DNA of 64,000 bases from positions 1-64,000 of the IMG/VR virus record IMGVR_UViG_3300023171_000011; one strand, given 5' to 3'. Source of the stretch: a virus. The notes under the pieces were generated by a model, which was not told the origin of the DNA, did not search any database, and saw nothing but the letters and a program-made list of their open reading frames with translations. Shown here piece after piece: positions 61,847 through 64,000 of the stretch (position 1 is its first letter; the number at the start of each line of letters is the position of its first letter). The position numbers were made by a program, and so were the translations under genes.

Positions 61847-62122
61847 TTATTTGATTTTAAGTAAATTTTGATACTTGGCGACCGAATCAGAAAACCTCTT
61901 TCTATCTGATTTATGTCCATTCTGACTACTGTCTATATATACTTCCATAAAAGCCGTATAAGCGGCTAATTGTTCGTAAGTGAGGCAACGGCATGGTTCG
62001 GGTTGTTGGGTGGCTTGTGAGGGCTTAAAACGATGTGTTATATCCCACGCTGTACAGAATACAAAGTGACAAACCAATATTATGAGGACTGTATCCTTTA
62101 TTGGAGGTGAATAGTATTTCAT
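61847..62122 (-). CDS. hypothetical membrane-anchored protein
   Basis: N-terminal TM. Confidence 0.5.
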   Translation of the reverse strand: MKYYSPPIKDTVLIILVCHFVFCTAWDITHRFKPSQATQQPEPCRCLTYEQLAAYTAFMEVYIDSSQNGHKSDRKRFSDSVAKYQNLLKIK

Positions 62123-62331
62123 ATTTTGTTTTTAAGCATTAATGTAGAGGTAAGTGAATTTAAATATTCGACCAAAGATTTTGTGGACTTCACGAATGGT
62201 AAGCATCCCTTAAATCTGATCATAGCATATTTATCTTCTACAGCCATAACCGTAAGTATCACGTTATTTTCCGACTGACGCACCAAAAACTTCTGACCTT
62301 TTTTAAATTCAAAATCTTTAGTTATCATCAC
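62119..62331 (-). CDS. hypothetical protein
   Basis: ORF track. Confidence 0.55.
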   Translation of the reverse strand: MMITKDFEFKKGQKFLVRQSENNVILTVMAVEDKYAMIRFKGCLPFVKSTKSLVEYLNSLTSTLMLKNKI

Positions 62332-62551
62332 TCAATAGTTTAGTAATATCAGTCATCACCTCGGAGTCGTCTTCAATATAGTAGTCTCCGTGTTTCTCTA
62401 CATTCAGCTTGATCTCTCTGAGAATGTCGGTTGCTTGCTTGAGTTTGGATTCAAGTTGATTGTTTCGAAGACTCAGATCATTGTTCTGATTCTTTACGCT
62501 GTCGTAGCCTAATACCTTAAGCTGATCGGTTGAGTTGTTTTGGTCTTTCAT
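62318..62551 (-). CDS. hypothetical coiled-coil protein
   Basis: ORF track. Confidence 0.55.
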   Translation of the reverse strand: MKDQNNSTDQLKVLGYDSVKNQNNDLSLRNNQLESKLKQATDILREIKLNVEKHGDYYIEDDSEVMTDITKLLSDDN

Positions 62552-62716
62552 ATATAGATTATTTGCCCTGTTTTAATCATTGAATTAATATGCTTAGGAT
62601 TTTTGTGAGGATTAATTGATGTCGGGTAGTGTTTTGCTAAAATTACATATTGGTCAGACCTCATCAACTTTAGCTTACCACGTATAGATATTTTTCTAAT
62701 AATATTTTTCATTTTG

Positions 62717-62905
62717 CTATCTAAGTTTATGATCGATTTGATCGAGTTCAAAAAGTAGTGTGTCTAATTGCGATAAATAAAGAGTTGGCACGTTAGTCAT
62801 TCCCCTTATATCTTCCTCTGATTCTTTTACAACTTTTGATGCCATTTCTACTATCTGGTCTTTTTTTAGCTGATGCTCTGCTTGTAATAATAATTTTTCT
62901 TGCAT
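62717..62905 (-). CDS. hypothetical protein
   Basis: ORF track. Confidence 0.5.
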   Translation of the reverse strand: MQEKLLLQAEHQLKKDQIVEMASKVVKESEEDIRGMTNVPTLYLSQLDTLLFELDQIDHKLR

Positions 62906-62908
62906 GGT

Positions 62909-63412
62909 TTATAAGATTATGATTTTTGATTTCAATGTATCAGGCACAGTGGACCATCCAAGTTTACCATGCCACGCAAAAGGTTCTATAGCCTGTACCT
63001 CTCCATATTCATGGCACCACAATTGTTTTTTAGTAGTTCCTTTTGCTCCTTCTTTATACCATGGACTTACGTACTGTACAAAACAATTCTCAGAGTCATT
63101 ACTGTTCATTGGTTGGCTATTTATAAGCTTACCGATGGCTATAGCGACTCCGGTTGGTTGAGTTGACCAATTAGAAGTATCGCCTTGAAAGGTGTCATAT
63201 ATCCTCTTAAATTGAGCGTCACCTGATATTTCTCTTAATTGCTTACTTGAGTAAGGTGCTTTGCTTGCGCAGATAAGAACCCAACCTAAATATTTTGAGC
63301 CCCATACCCTTGTTTCTACTTTTCCATGCAACATAAGTGATGCAAATGGTTGTTTCCAACTCAAAGCCTTTAAGGTTTCGTTTGGATACTTGTCGGTAAA
63401 TGTTGTTTTCAT
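62909..63412 (-). CDS. ASCH-domain protein
   Basis: ALSWKQPFASL..HGK.ETR.W...LICAS...G.AIA...GKLG. Confidence 0.88.
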   Translation of the reverse strand: MKTTFTDKYPNETLKALSWKQPFASLMLHGKVETRVWGSKYLGWVLICASKAPYSSKQLREISGDAQFKRIYDTFQGDTSNWSTQPTGVAIAIGKLINSQPMNSNDSENCFVQYVSPWYKEGAKGTTKKQLWCHEYGEVQAIEPFAWHGKLGWSTVPDTLKSKIIIL

Positions 63413-63414
63413 AT

Positions 63415-63807
63415 TTATACTTTTGATTTTAATGTGATTACTTCTGTTGTTTCGCTTTGTTTCTTTGGGAGGATGTGTTTGGTTATCCATTGGGTAATTG
63501 TGTAGACTGAAACATTGTGTCTGTCTCCGATAACCGTCATAGGGTCAAATGTAGTGCAGTAGTCTTCCATGACCTCAGCAACCTTAGCGTTGGAGTGTTG
63601 GTTAGACTGAAACTTTCTTGGTGGACTGTAGGGCTTCATTCCGTAGTCCCTGAGCTTCATATAGATTAAGAAGATACTAAAACCCAATGCTTTTGCCATA
63701 TGGATTGTAGTACAGGTTTTATGGTGCATCACAAGATATTCTAGGTCCTGTTGAGAGAACATCTTTCTGGTGGTGTTTTTTACACGTGTTTCCTTTAAGG
63801 TTAGCAT
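63415..63807 (-). CDS. tandem HTH DNA-binding protein
   Basis: MAKALGFS.F.IY..LR and IGDRHNVS.YTITQW helix-turn-helix patterns. Confidence 0.6.
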   Translation of the reverse strand: MLTLKETRVKNTTRKMFSQQDLEYLVMHHKTCTTIHMAKALGFSIFLIYMKLRDYGMKPYSPPRKFQSNQHSNAKVAEVMEDYCTTFDPMTVIGDRHNVSVYTITQWITKHILPKKQSETTEVITLKSKV

Positions 63808-64000
63808 TGGTTGGTGGTAATTTTGTTTTCTTAATCAAATGTAAACGTCGTGTCTTTTAAAACCTAGAGAAAGTTGATATTTATTTTCTACTCCTTTCGG
63901 ACTTACTCTTTATTTTGTGGCAATCAACGCACATAAAGGTGAAATTAGATAGCCAACAAGCACCTCCACCTTGATGAACCGGAAGTGTGTGCTCTAAATG

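Noticed and set aside
1-64000. CRISPR array, diversity-generating retroelement, integrase or IS element
   Set aside because: No regularly spaced repeats, reverse-transcriptase motif, TR/VR pair, recombinase or transposase seen by eye.
1-64000. Stop-codon reassignment as in some crAss-like phages
   Set aside because: Long genes are intact in code 11, TAG and TGA end normal genes, and there is no suppressor tRNA.

Overview
The whole window is bacteriophage DNA in the standard genetic code. It is most consistent with a podovirus-like dsDNA phage of a Bacteroidetes host: TTG-N19-21-TAnnTTTG promoters recur, leaders are A-rich without Shine-Dalgarno sites, signal peptides end in AQ, and a small Hc1-like gene is present. 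Layout: (i) 1-5.6 kb minus-strand cluster of small early-type ORFs, preceded by a complete type-P1 twister ribozyme; (ii) a strongly strand-biased non-coding switch region at 6.4-7.4 kb; (iii) 7.4-20 kb plus-strand accessory and replication genes (RepL-like, IHF/HU, GroES, NinB, SLOG, DUF4373 initiator, primase-helicase) and an array of 7 tRNAs; (iv) 20.8-57 kb crAss/Cellulophaga-podovirus-like virion module (terminase, portal, scaffold, capsid, ring proteins, split tail stabiliser, internal proteins, DarB-like SNF2 helicase, fibres); (v) lysis region at 57-60 kb; (vi) minus-strand accessory genes (Hc1, MazG-like, ASCH). The best candidate for a new system is a ribosome-coupled attenuator in front of the tRNA array. 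Its 22-codon leader peptide clusters codons for six of the seven array tRNAs and has a clear 1:2 / 2:3 / 3:4 pairing scheme, so it may switch on replacement tRNAs when host tRNAs are depleted. The array also carries a circularly permuted, YrlA/Y-RNA-like tRNA mimic. All family names come from motif recognition by eye, not from database searches.
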